Part shown: piece by piece, positions 23,727-36,400 of the stretch
How positions within the stretch are numbered: the first letter of the stretch is position 1
Layout of the letters: the number at the start of each line of letters is the position of its first letter
Source of the DNA: Malacoraja senta
Lineage: Eukaryota
Length of the DNA: 64,000 bases
Assembly (NCBI GenBank): GCA_038087875.1
Contig: CM075991.1
Coordinates: 2,542,001-2,606,000, forward strand
Direction: 5' to 3'
The notes under the pieces: model-generated
Seen by the model: only the letters and a program-made list of their open reading frames with translations
What the model was told of the DNA's origin: nothing
Databases searched by the model: none
Program-made: the position numbers and the translations under genes

Positions 23727-24420
23727 TCAATCTGTAAACGAACATTGCAAATGGTGCATATTCGTAGAATATGCTTTTAAACCATAAAACGCACCCAACA
23801 TTTCCAAATAATTTATGCCCAGTGTCTGTAGTAAAGATGATTCTAGGTTAGTCCATCTACCACCTGTGCTGGATATGGTATTAGTTGCTCCCCAGCCTTG
23901 AGCACTGGCATCTGTTTGTATAGTTAACGTTGGGTTATTGATGATGATAGGGCTGGAACTATGCCAAATGTGCTCTATCCACCATTGTAACTCTGATATT
24001 GCTTCAATGGGTAATTTCATGGTTCGGTCAAAGTGACCTGCATGTCGTTTTAACGCCTGCACTTTTGCCGTTGTAGGTTTTGATAGTGCAGAGGTCCAAA
24101 TTGTGTAGCTGGAAATGCTGCTACTATTTTGCCAATTACTCTTGCCACTTGTCGGATGGTTGGTCGATCGCTAACCATTAAATTGTTACACGTCTGTGCC
24201 AATTCTGCTGCTTTATCTTTTGGCAATGTTACAGACATGTGGACTGAGTTAATTGTGAATCCCAGATGGTCCATAGTTGTGGATGGCGTCAACTTAGATT
24301 TATCTGGATGTAAGACAAATCCCAGGGTTTCAAACAATTGTTTGGTAGCTAATACAGCTGATTTAGCCAATTCCATGGTTTTGCCTACTATTAGAATATC
24401 ATCAAGATATGCCATGACAA
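23727..24420 (-). pseudogene. DIRS RT C-terminal part and RNase H, frameshifted
   Basis: AYLDDILI, TDAS, INYLE motifs across ORFs 24050-24415 and 23727-24062. Confidence 0.88.
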
Positions 24421-24437
24421 TATGTCTCTGTTTTCTT

Positions 24438-27400
24438 TTTTTTTTTTTTTTTAATTTGTATTTTATTAGAAGTACATTACATTACAACCACATACATTAG
24501 TACTTGTCATTTATATCTTCTTACAATTAATGTACTCCATTTATTTTGTACACTAGAAAAGGAAAAGATTGAAAGAAAGAAGAAAGTGAAGGAAAAAGTG
24601 GAAGTGTAGGAAATGTGACAACAAAAAAGGACAAAGACCCTATAAGAGCAAAATTAAAAACAAAAGAAAAAGAGTTAAGAAATAGACCCTAGGAAAAAAA
24701 GAAAGAGAGAAAGAGGAAAAAGAGAGAAACAAATATTTTTATGAGCATTACGCAAATTGGACATACCAACTCTTCAACTATCATCCCCCCTTACCTGACC
24801 TCAATTTTTTTTTTCAAGTACTTTTGCACCTTATGTTTGTAATAATTCTATAAATGCAGACCACGTCAGGTGGAAATGATCTGGTTTACCTGCTAGGAGG
24901 AGTCTTATCTCTTCTAGGTGTAATGTTTCAAACATATTTGAAATCCACATATTTATAGTTGGTATTGGAGCCTTCTTCCAAAATTTTAGAATTAGCTTTT
25001 TTCCAGTTATTAACCCATAGTCCATTAGTTTCTTTTGAAACACATTTAGTTCTGGACCATCTTCCGTTATACCGAAGATAATCCATTCTGCTTTGGGTAT
25101 CAGTCTTGTTTTAAATAACTTTGTAAAGATTTCAAAAATTTCATTCCAAAATTTTTGAATTTTTGTACAAGAAACGAATGAGTGCGTTATAGTAGCTTCT
25201 TGGGATTGACATTTATCACAAATAGATGATACATTTGGGAAAATTTTATGAATTTTAGTTTTCGAATAATATAATCTATGTAAAATTTTAAATTGTATTA
25301 AAGTGTGTCTTACATTAATCGAGCATTTATGCACGTTTAATAAGTATTCATTCCAACTTTCCTTTGAAATTTTAATAGCTAACTCTTGTTCCCAGTCTCT
25401 TCTGATACCCTCCGTAGATGGTATTTGTGCATTTAAGATAATATTCTACAAATATGATATTAAGTTTGCTGATTCCGCTTTTATCTGCATTGCCTCGTCC
25501 AGTACATCTGCTGGGTTATTATGATGATCTTTTGTATATTTTTTCAAATAGTCGCATATTTGAAAATATTTAAAATATTGATTATTTCCGAGTTTATATT
25601 TTATTTGTAATTGTTGAAATGAAAGTAATTTTCCAGTTTCATACAAGTCACCAAGCGTTTTAATTCCTAATCTATCCCATTGTGTATAAGCTTTATCTAT
25701 AATAGAAGGATTAAACGAAGGGTTATTGACTATAGGTAATAAAAGTGATAAATTTCTTAATTTTAAATTTTGTTTTATTTGTTTCCAAATTCGGATTGTA
25801 CTATGGATAATTGGGTTCTTATTATAATTTATGTTATTGAATTTCATTGGAGAGAGGAGGATCGCTCCAATGTTTCTAGAGGAGCAATCCTCTTTCTCCA
25901 TTACAATCCAATCCACTTGCTGGGCGGAGTTATCCATCAGTTGAATCATATTTTTAATATTTACTGACCAATAATAATACATAAAATTAGGTAGTGCTAA
26001 ACCCCCTAATACTTTAGGTTTATTCAGATGAGTTTTTTGTATTCTATGTGATTTATAGTCCCATATAAAATTAGTGATATCTGAGTCGAGTTTTTTTTTA
26101 AACTTCTTTGGTAAGTATATAGGAATTGATTGAAATAGGTATAAAATTTGTGGTAAAAAAAATCATTTTTATTGCGTTTATTCGGCCTATTAAAGACATC
26201 GGGAGCGTTTTCCAGAATTTAATTAGTGTGTTTAATTTATTAAGTAAGGGGTCAAAATTTGCCCTAAACATACCTTGATATGATCTGGTAATTTTGATTC
26301 CCAAATATTTAAATTTTTCTGTAGCTATTTTAAAAGGGAATTTTAAAAGATGTGATGAATCTTTCGGTTTTATTGACATAATTTCACTTTTATTCCAATT
26401 TATTCTATATCCAGAAAAAGATCCAAAATCTTCAATTAAATTTAATATATTTGGTATAGTGATTTGAGGTTTTGTAATGTACAGTAATATATCATCCGCG
26501 TATAAAGATATTTTATTATATGAATCTTTAGTATTATATCCATGGATATCAGGGTGTATTCTAATTTTTTCTGCTGGCGGTTCAATAATGAGAGCAAACA
26601 GTTGTGATGATAATGAGCATCCTTGTCTATTTCCCCATGATAGTTGGAATTTCGAGGATAATATGTTATTAGTTAGTATTCTAGCTGTAGGTTTGTTATA
26701 TAGTAACTTGATCCATAGAATAAAATTCTCCCCCAGTTGAAATTTTTGTAATACTTTGTCCATATAATTCCATTCTACTTGATCAAATGCTTTTTCAGCA
26801 TCCAGCGAAATAATTGATAATTCTTGATCTTCAGATTTGTGTGAATGCATTATGTTGAGTAGACGTCTCATATTGTTAGATGAGTATCTCTTAGGGATAA
26901 ACCCCGTCTGATCTGGGTTTATTAATTTACTAATGTATTTACTTAATCTTCTAGCTAATGTTTTCGCTAATATTTTTTGATCTGTGTTTAACAATGCTAT
27001 AGCTCTATATGAACCAGGTTCTTCTAAGTCTTTATTTTTCTTAGGTATTAATGTAATCGTTGATTCCGCTAATGTATCAGGTAGTATTCGTTTTTTAAAA
27101 GCATATTGGTACATTTTTTGTAATCTTGGTATTATTTTATCGTAAAAGCTTTTATAAAATTCATTAGTAAATCCGTCAGGGCCTGGTGTTTTTCCATTCT
27201 TTAGTGAGTTTATTGTATCTTCTAATTCCTTAATTGAGATTTGTGCACCCAGTTCATCTTGTTCCTTCAATTCTAACTTTGGAAGGTTACAGGTATCCAA
27301 GAACTTTGTGATATTATTGGAATCACTTGTTGTTTTAGATGTATACAAATTCTCATAAAATTGCGCAAATCTATTATTAATATCCTTTGGTGTTGTTAAT

Positions 27401-29175
27401 AATTCCCCTTTATCTGATTTGATCTTTGGTATAGTATGTTCCTTTTCTCGTTTTTTTAGCTGGCGAGCCAAAAGTTTATGCGGTTTATCCCCAAATTCAA
27501 AGTGCTCTTGTTTTGTAATTTGAAAAAGTTTAATAAGTTTGGCAGATAATAATTTATTTAATTTAAATTTCAAAATTATTATTTTATTATGTTTATCTAT
27601 TGATGGATCTTTAGCATTATCTATATCCATTTGTCTAATAAGTTCTTCTAACTGTCTTTGTTCATTCTTATTATTTTTATTTTGAAAAGCTTGATATGAA
27701 ATTATAATACCCCTAATGTATGCTTTAAAAGATTCCCATAATACAGTAGGCGATATATCTGGAGTATCATTTATTTGAAAAAAGACCTCCATTTGTTCTT
27801 TTAAATATATACTCGCTTGTGGATCTTTTAGAATTTGAGAATTGAATCTCCAAAACGATTTATTCTTAGACAATCCTTCCAGTTTTAAAAAGAAAGTTAG
27901 TGGAGAATGGTCTGAAATCGAGTTTGTGTGGTATATTGCATTAGATGTTTGGGGGATTAATTTTGTATCCAGCAGAAAGTAGTCTATACGTGAGTATGAC
28001 TTATGTACCATTGAGTAAAACGAGTATTCCCTGCCAGTTGGATGAACAATTCTCCAAACATCTGCTATATTAGTGTTTTTTATATAGGTATTGAGAAGCT
28101 CCCCAGTTTTTGATTTCATATTCCCTCTCTGTTTTTGACTTGATTTATCTAAGTACGGATCTAAAACACAGTTAAAGTCTCCTCCTATTATAACATTTTG
28201 ATAGTTTGACTCTGCAATTATGTTGAAAATGTTATTGAAAAAGTGGGGGTTATCAAAGTTAGGGGCATATATATTTACCAAAGTAAGTGGAGTATCATGG
28301 ATTTCTCCATTAACTATTAGGTATCTCCCTTCTATATCTGTTATAATATTCTTTGCTTTAAATGGTATACCTTTTCTTATGATGATTGACGTGCCTCTAG
28401 ATTTTGAAGTAAATGAAGAGTGGTATGTTTGACCTATCCATTTCGCCCTTAACCTAACTTGATCCTGAGATTTTAGGTGTGTTTCTTGTAGGAAGATAAT
28501 GTCGGAGTTGTACAATTTCAGCTGAGCTAGTATCTTACCCCTTTTAATAGGTTCGTTAATACCTCTTATATTCCAACTACAAAATGAGATTCCTCCTAGG
28601 TTCTTTTGTGTGGTGTCATGCATTTTGAATAATTATAGTACCTTTAAATCTTGTGGTGCGTCCAAATCCCAGGTCTTTAGGTATTGGGGGAGCTTTTGAG
28701 TTTTTAAGTTTTGCTGTTATGTCCATTTTACGCTTGTCACTAAGCACAAAACACAAACAAGTGATTTTATGTGATAAAAAAAACCCTATAAAAGTGAAGA
28801 TACAGTGTCTAATATAGTCGGCACTGTAGCGAGTGTCCCACCTGTAGGTGGGAAAAAACCTTGTTTTGACTTCCATTGCGTTGTTACACAAATAGCTCCG
28901 CTCTCTTGGTTAATCATAACATATTATATTAAAACGGGGCCTCAGATTCAGATATATAATACACTTTTACCCTGTGTATTTCATTGTAACATATATATAT
29001 ATCGGAATTTTAACTACTGATTATTAAACCGATATTTTTGACTTCTATAAAAATCAACTGCTGGTTGAAGGGGTTAACGAGACGTGCCCCTGGACCTAAG
29101 CCAGTTGCTCGTTTCTCATCCCCTCCTCCCACTTATAGATAAGGTTTCAGTTTATTAAAAATTCATATTAGTAAG
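24438..29175 (-). mobile_element. 5'-truncated L1-clade LINE (inter-ORF spacer, ORF2, 3' UTR, polyA)
   Basis: TSD TATGTCTCTGTTTTCTT (24421-24437, 29176-29192); polyT on the + strand; TT/AAGA endonuclease-type site. Confidence 0.95.
24831..28623 (-). pseudogene. L1 ORF2 (APE endonuclease, RT, CCHC) with two lesions
   Basis: SWNIRG, LQETH, GGDFN, SRIDY, SDHSP; LDAEKAFD, YADD; CDKC..H...C; +1 in an A-run near 26155-26162 and an in-frame TAG at 25446-25448. Confidence 0.93.
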
Positions 29176-29440
29176 TATGTCTCTGTTTTCTTAATGTTGC
29201 CAAGGCCGGTTTTAATATCTTGGTAAATAATCTTGGGGCTGATGTTAACCCATTAGGCAACGCTTTAAACTGCCATAGTTGCCCCATCCAGGTAAATTTC
29301 AGGTATCTGCGATGATCCTTTTGAATGGGTACTGAATTCTATTTTGTATCCACGAATACTGTTAAGTATATAACTATCATTCGTGATAGACCTCCATGCT
29401 TCCATGAACAGGTGTAATCTCCCCCCTGTTAGTACAGTTC
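29176..29440 (-). pseudogene. DIRS RT N-terminal part with an internal deletion
   Basis: GGRL...GYKIEF joined out of frame to VPIQKDHRRYLKF...LPNGLTSAPRLFTK. Confidence 0.8.
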
Positions 29441-29525
29441 CCCCACTTTTTATATGCTGGTAGGAACCAGACCCACCTACCTCCAATAGTTATGGGAGTG
29501 TTCCTTTCTTCTGTTTCTTCATCCG

Positions 29526-30473
29526 TCATTGTGCTGCTGGATATACTGCTGGTTGGGGGTGGCGCATTTTCCATGGGGTCCGCTCTGGGCCCTGGCCTAA
29601 AAAAAGCTTTCGGGGATGGTATGTGGACCCTGAGCTTTCACCAGTCCCATGAGTTTGACGTCGACTGGTGGAAGCGGTGGGGTACTGCCGTCTGGGTTGT
29701 GTGGGTCTGCTCGTTCCGGGACCTGCCCTCATGAGGCCGAATGCTTTGGACTCTTCCTCTAGGTCTTTTACTTGTTTTGACAAGTCCTTACCAAATAGCA
29801 GGATCTGTGGCTCTGAGGCCGGTGTTTTACACAGTCCTGCAAATTTGGGATTGAGGGCAGGTCTTATTATCTCCTTGCAGAGGTTGTTTATTTCGTATTG
29901 GGTGTTACACAGCAGAGCCAGAGTGTCTTGCTGGTTGGTGGTCATGTCCACCCCATCCACGGAACGAGCATACGATGTTATGGCTGTCGTCAGGAGCTTG
30001 AGGATACGCTGTAATTTTAGCTCCTGGTTTCGGATACTCTGCCCAACGTACCCCCAGATTTGGCTGTTGACGGCCGGTACATTGAGCGAAATGCAGTTCT
30101 CCAGAGGCGAGTAGAATTCTAGTGCCTCATTGACTACCTGTTCTTGTAGGGGTTTGAAGGACAAGTAGTCAATGCTGGCCGCCAGTTTTGGCTGCAACGG
30201 CCGCCCTGCTCGTGGTGTAGCCACGTAGCGATTCACCACACCCAGCAGCTCTTCCTGGTCCTGTACCCCGTGCGTACTCCCGACATCTTCGGGTAGTGAC
30301 CCCTGTTCCTGACCAGCCCAGCCCTGGTGGCCAACGCTGCCCTCGGTTGAGGGGGAAGCGATGGGCAGTGCATTGTAAGGCACTGGTGCGGGAATGCCTG
30401 AACTCCCTTGGCGAGACTGCTCCCGCTCCCGAAGCAAGTCTGGCTGGATCATTTGCTCCATGAGCCTTTCCAT
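29526..30473 (-). CDS. DIRS ORF1 (gag-like)
   Basis: 315-aa ORF in the ORF1 position; VPAVNSQIW and LLFG motifs. Confidence 0.75.
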   Translation of the reverse strand: MERLMEQMIQPDLLREREQSRQGSSGIPAPVPYNALPIASPSTEGSVGHQGWAGQEQGSLPEDVGSTHGVQDQEELLGVVNRYVATPRAGRPLQPKLAASIDYLSFKPLQEQVVNEALEFYSPLENCISLNVPAVNSQIWGYVGQSIRNQELKLQRILKLLTTAITSYARSVDGVDMTTNQQDTLALLCNTQYEINNLCKEIIRPALNPKFAGLCKTPASEPQILLFGKDLSKQVKDLEEESKAFGLMRAGPGTSRPTQPRRQYPTASTSRRQTHGTGESSGSTYHPRKLFLGQGPERTPWKMRHPQPAVYPAAQ

Positions 30474-31995
30474 GCGGCTCAGGCGGCTACCTCTGCCGCT
30501 CTCAGGCAGAGAGTCTTCCTCGTCGGAGTCATCAGAGATTACCGGCCGGTCAGTTTTCCGTTTTGATTTGCCTCCAGTCCGCTGCTGTTGGTCAGGCTGC
30601 GCTAGCGGTACTGGGCTCGGCTCGGTATCAATGATTGTGGACCGCAGCGTGTGCGGTCCAGGTGCCGCCTCTCGCCCCCCACTGATGGAACGCTCCTGTT
30701 CTGTTGGAGTCGAACGGGGGGGCGGTCTTTTTTCCTTGTCGTGCTTTGCTCATTTTCCAGCTTTTCTCGATCTGGAGTGCACAAAGCAGAGCAACGTTTC
30801 CCAATTACGACCTGAGTAAGTACTTACCTGATGGTCCGCTTTTTTAAGCTTGTAGCGGGAGCGCCTGTACTCCCGTTCGTCGCTGTTGCACTGCGTGAAC
30901 GCTCATGTCGCGCATGCGTGCTGGACGGGTTCTTCACGTAGTCACTCACGTGACTCCGAAGTAAAATCCATTCTTCTCTCTTTGTTTCCTGTTGTACCAA
31001 GCTGTTTTAAATGTTCTAATTATTTTTGTTCCTTTGCGCTGTTGAAGTTCTTTAAGTTCCGGCGCTGGTCTGCCATTTTCAATTATTTTGGTCTTTTCCT
31101 CGTACGTTTGCTTCGAGAAACTCTTCAGGTAATCACTATCCATCTTTGAAAAACCCGCCAAGAAACTTGCAGTAGGCTGATGCTCATGCGCAGTGCGCAG
31201 CACATACATGCAGTCCACAGTGTAAAGGCAGAATTTCAGCTGCCTTTACAGACCGTTGCCACTGATGGCTTGAAGCAGCGTCGACGGCACATGAGTAGCA
31301 CATACTTCCGCGTTTACGATTTATGACCATTTTATATGTTTTATATATGTTTTATATATATATTTTATACATGTTTTATATATATAAAATAATGACTATT
31401 TTATAATTTTAGTCAGGGTAGGCACTGCCTATCTTGCCTACCCTGATGGCACGTGCCTGATCTGTACACTGTAGACGGCTTGATAATAATCATATATTGT
31501 CCATCCGCTGACTGGTAAGCACGCAACAAAAGCTTTTCACTGTACCTCAGTACAGGGGACAATAAACAAAATTAATTTAAACTAATGGACATCCTTTCCA
31601 TAGTAAGTGACCACAGTACTACAAATGTGGTCTTAGCAACGCTTTGTAGAGCTGTAACATGGAGTCCCAACTCCTGTACGCAATACCCTGACTGATGAAG
31701 TTGAGATCAAAGCTGATGATGTCTTCAGGTAGTGACCACCCAAACGAAGCATCAATAAGCAGGGTGTTATTGCCCCATCCATAGTTTTATGGACTATTGG
31801 GAAGATGATAGTGATGTTCCTGATCCTCCAACTAAACTGCAAGAAAACCTTATTCAGTCTCAATCACAACTCTATCACTATAGCAGCGATTAGTTTATTA
31901 CTTCACTTCATCACCAGTGCAGGCCTGGTTAATACCAGAATCTCAATGCACCATGTAATCCCGTTTGTGCTTGTTTCAGGCCTGGCTTGACTTAA

Positions 31996-32494
31996 GGGGC
32001 TGTCCCACTTGGGCAACCTAATTGGCGAGTTTAGAAGCGTTTAGGAGAGTTTGAAAAAATGTCATGTTGAAGACCTCCTTCGACTATGTTGAAGACTAGC
32101 TACGACTAACTTCGGGAAAATTGGACACCGAATAGTGGAGTGAAGACGACCTCCTTCAACCTCCCTTCGACTATGATGAAGACTATCTACGACTACCTTG
32201 GACTACCCTCGATTACCTACGACTAACATGCCGACGACCTACTACGACTAAACCTACGAGTAGAAATAATATCGATTTTTTTCCCACGGCGACCTTTTTT
32301 TACTCGCGGGCATTTTTCAACGTTGAAAAATACGCTGCGATCTAGCCGAGGCCTCGAGTTCACGGGGACTACTTTCGAGCATGAAGGAGAGTTACAAAGA
32401 CCTCCCAGGACCTTGTGTCGACCATGCTGCGAGTACGAGTCGAGGGCAAACTCGCCAGAACTCGCAGATTAGGTTGCCCAAGTGGGACAGGCCC
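31996..32494. mobile_element. Complete MITE with related TIRs (Harbinger- or Kolobok-like; unresolved)
   Basis: About 40-bp TIRs GGGGCTGTCCCACTTGGGCAACCTAAT.../...ATTAGGTTGCCCAAGTGGGACAGGCCC flanked by TTAA on both sides; internal CGACTA repeats. Confidence 0.85.
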
Positions 32495-33039
32495 TTAATG
32501 CTAGAGACAGACACAAAAATCTGGAGTAACTCAGCGGGACAGGCAGCATCTCTGGAGAGAAGGAATGGGTGACATTTTGGGTCGAGGCCCTTCTTCACAC
32601 TGGCCAGTCCTGACCTCAGTATCAATACTCCTTCACTGCTATCCTCAAACTTTAGCCCTCTCACCTCACCTCTACACTCATCCCATGCCAGTACAACCTT
32701 TCAAACTCACTTCCTGCTAGTCTAGGATCAATTTCTGACTGCACCACAACCCAGACCAGAATCTAAACTTCAGCCCCACCTCACTCACAGCAAGGCAATG
32801 TCAGCCCCCAACCCACTCGCACCAGACAGGCCTGTCCAAACGCCAGCTCACACTGCACCCTACTCCAATCCCAGTCCGTCCCCTGAACCCCTCTTCAGGG
32901 CAGCACCGCTATCTCACTCTAACAAGGTGGCGCTTCATGTTCATAAGACATAGGACCAGAGTTAGGCCCATCGAGTCTGCTCCACCATTCGATCATGGCT
33001 GATCTATTGTTCCCCCTCAACTCCATTCTCCGGCGCTTC

Positions 33040-33430
33040 TCGCCGTCGGCCAGGACAGGGGTCAGGCCCGGTCCCTCACGATCCACCCACCCAGCCAGAG
33101 AAAAGCCAGTGGCCGCCCCCGGCTCAGCCCACCCGGGCGGGCCTAGCGACGCCGGCTCCTCTCCCAGCCTAGGCCAGACTACCCCAAGGTCAGGCCAGAC
33201 TAGGCCTCGCCAGTATCCCCCCCCCCCCCGCCCAGTCCTGCCTTCCCCTCCCCTCACTCACCAGCTCCACTAACCGAAGCCAAAACAGCGCGGTTCCTCA
33301 CCTCCGGCTGCCGGAGCAGCACGACGCCTCCAACGCTGGTCCTGGTCCAGGGTTACGCCCACGCCACGGCCCCTCCCGCCCACCCGACCCTGAAGTGCTG
33401 CAGACACGAGGGGCGTTGAGTCAAGCACCA
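33040..33430 (-). promoter_or_regulatory. CpG-rich island; candidate promoter and non-coding first exon of GPAT2
   Basis: Non-repeat GC/CpG-rich patch between the ELMOD3 3' end and GPAT2; minus-strand donors GAG|GTGAGG (exon end 33302) and CTG|GTGAGT (33262). Confidence 0.5.
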
Positions 33431-36400
33431 AGTGCCGGAGGAACTCAGCTGGTCGGACAGCAACTGTGGAGGGGATGGACCTGTGGACGGCGTTTGGGGT
33501 CGAGACCCTCCTTCAGACGGGTGGAAGACTCGAGGTTTTACTTTAACCTTGTACTCTGCCAGTGTATCGCATCATTGTACTACACACCCTGACCTTGATG
33601 GGAGGTTGTTTGCCATAAACGATGAAAACTCAAAGAACCTGGTTTTTCTGCAATCACAGCAGGAAATCGTTTTTCCTCCCCCAATACAACGGTACAGCAC
33701 AAGAACAGGATCTTCGGCCCACTATTTCGTGCTGAACATGTTGCCAAGTTAAAATAATATCCTCGTGATCCATATCCCTCCATATCCATGTGCCTATCTA
33801 AAAGCCTGTTAAACGCCACTATGGTATCTGCTCCACCACCCACCACTGGCAGTGCATTCTAGGCACCCACCACTGTTTAAAAAAAACTTGCCCTGCACAT
33901 CTCCTTACAACTTTGCTCCTCTCATCTTACAGCTATGCCCTCTAGTCTTTGGCATTTTCCACATGGACAAAAGGCATTTTCCACATGGACACCCGCTGAG
34001 TTTCTCCAGCTTTTTTGTCTACCTTTGATTTTTCCAGCATCTGCAGTTCTTTCTTAAAGATTTTCATCAAGGCCCCTGCAATCTCCTCTCTTGCCTCTCT
34101 TCCATTGCCCTCGTTTTTGAGGTACATGTAAAATTCCTTGGGATTATTTTTAGATTGCCAGTGACATTTCATGGTCCCTTTTAGCCCTTCTAATTGCCCA
34201 AATGATTTATTTTCTACATGCTTTATATTCTTCAGAGGCCCCATCTGATTTCGTCTTTCTAAACCTCATACAATCCCAACAATACAGTATGTTACTCCAA
34301 TCATTCTATTGGCCTAATTTGTTGCAAATCCTGCCATTCATGGCTAACTGCCCCTATACCTGAGTTATTTGGAACAAGTATACTCAATGATGCCACAGAG
34401 CTGGGCTGTGAACAAAGAGACGTTAAAGATAAAATGTTCATGTTGGTCATACCAATGGCTGCAGAGGTGAGTGGAAAGTTACCATGAGTGAACAATTCCA
34501 ATAAAAAACTGCAGCGGAATTAGACATGGATGATGTCAGGAGCTATATTTGTTTGGACCTAGGCTGCAATAGAGTCTGGAGCTGTGGCTTAGATTAAATT
34601 CATATTGAACCTTGGTGCAATGATGTATGTGTAGGGAGGAACTGCAGATGCTGGTTTAAACCAAAGATAGACACAAAAAGCTGGAGTAACTCAGCAGGAC
34701 AGGCAGCATCTCTGGAGAAGGAATGGGCGATGTTTCGGGTCGAGACCCTTCTTCATACTTTAGTCTATCTTGGTGAAATGATTGTTGATAAGGACGTGTC
34801 AGTTGATAGCTCATTAAACCTCACCCTCCATCACTGTTTTTGTAATAGAAGAGTGAATGAACCAGGCGTCTTCAGCAGCATTGGCCCATTGTTGTCTGCT
34901 GTTATTGCCACAGTACGACCTCGTTGAGGATGGTAATGATGGACCCTATTACTCATGCTAGCTATCTACAGCTTACAATTGGATGTGGCAGCACTGTAGG
35001 AATTGTGTGTCATATGGTGGAGCATAAATTATCGTTGAGCAGTACCTTAACCTTGGTTATCCATTTTATTTTTATAAACATAAAATGCCTTGAGATTTTC
35101 TTTAATCCAACTCATCAATGACATTCAATGGCCCATTTTGGCCCGACTAACTGCTGGCTTTATCTCCTTGGGACACTTGGAGCTTCTCACAGAAAGCCCT
35201 TCCACCTGCCAGAGTTGGTCCTCTGGTTTGATTGTAATAGTGCAGTGAGATATTTAGCATGTGAGACTTTACTAATTGTGGGAGAATGCCATTCTGTTAC
35301 TTCTGATTATCCACGGCGCTTCATAGTTTTACCACTTTTAAACTACTGCTTCTGATTTGAATCGAGCCCAGTTAGTACAATATGAATGCCATATCTCACA
35401 ATGCAAGTTTTCCTTAGTGTGAAGATGGACCTTTGTCCCCAAGCTGTCTTTAGAACTTGTCACTCCACCCATTCACATAATGGAGAAATAATTATGTTAC
35501 AGGTAGATTGCTGTGATTCAGGTTTGGCTGTGATTCATTCACCACCTGCCATAATCTCAGTATGGAAGTTATGATTTCAGGAATCAGCCAGCTCACTCAA
35601 ATTTTAAATTTTGTTTTGGCCTGGTTTTGATTAAAACTAAATTACATTGCTAAGCTATTGCACTGGGCTAGTGAGAGGCATCGTTACATAACGATACAAG
35701 GGATTTAGTAGAATGGTATCAAGAAAGCCAGTTTTAAAGCTTCCAATGTCAACATTTTCACCCCATGTTCGCGAGTACCTAACAAACCAAAAGAGAGACA
35801 CAAGACTACAGATGCTGGAATCTTGCCTAGTGCACAAAGTCCTGGAGTAACTCAGCCAGTCAGGCAGCATTTCAGGAAGACATGGATAGTTGACGTTTCA
35901 GTCTCGCAATTAGAGTGCTGTGAACCTGTCTCACCTGGAAGGGCTGAGGTCCCTGGATGGAGGTGAGGGAAGAGGTACAGGGGCATGTCTGAAGAAGGGT
36001 ACTGGACCAAATTGTCACCTATCCATGTCCTCCAGACCTGCTGTGTTACTCCAGCACTTTGTGTTCTGAGCCAAAAGCGAGGTTGGCTACATTGGGAAAG
36101 ATGTCCAGCGCAGCAGCAGATTGGAAATGATTCTGAGACAAATGAAGCAGCGTCAAAGCTGAGAAGATGGGAATGTTGAAGTTGGCTGTATGTTGATAGT
36201 GTTGACAAAGAAGAGTGAAGAGCAGGAAGGAATATAGTTGCCAAAGTATTGTGTTATTTTGGGACTGGGATCATGCGTCTGTCAGACTTCTAAAAAGTTT
36301 AAGACTCTTTTCATAGTTTGGAAATTACTTGTATTAGTGTAACAATCCATAATTTTTATGGTCACTTATTCCTGCTGCCAGCTCATGGGCTACAAGATTA

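Larger units (their letters stand above)
21647..30966 (-). mobile_element. DIRS1-type tyrosine-recombinase retrotransposon, interrupted by an L1
   Basis: Inverted termini (21722-21758 vs 30905-30940); internal complementary region at about 21874-21984 equals the joined element ends; TTTT ends; gag, RT, RNase H, MT and YR ORFs. Confidence 0.95.
21462..31459 (-). mobile_element. Internally deleted hAT DNA transposon (about 680 bp of its own sequence) split by a DIRS insertion
   Basis: TIR CAGGCACGTGCC/GGCACGTGCCTG; 8-bp TSD ATCTGTAC (21454-21461, 31460-31467); transposase N-terminal remnant (MDSDYLK...RTFKTAWYNRK) fused to a C-terminal remnant (KERRMDFVYK*). Confidence 0.85.

Noticed and set aside
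32060..32260. CRISPR-like repeat array
   Set aside because: Irregular CGACTA microrepeats inside a MITE in eukaryotic DNA; no repeat-spacer regularity
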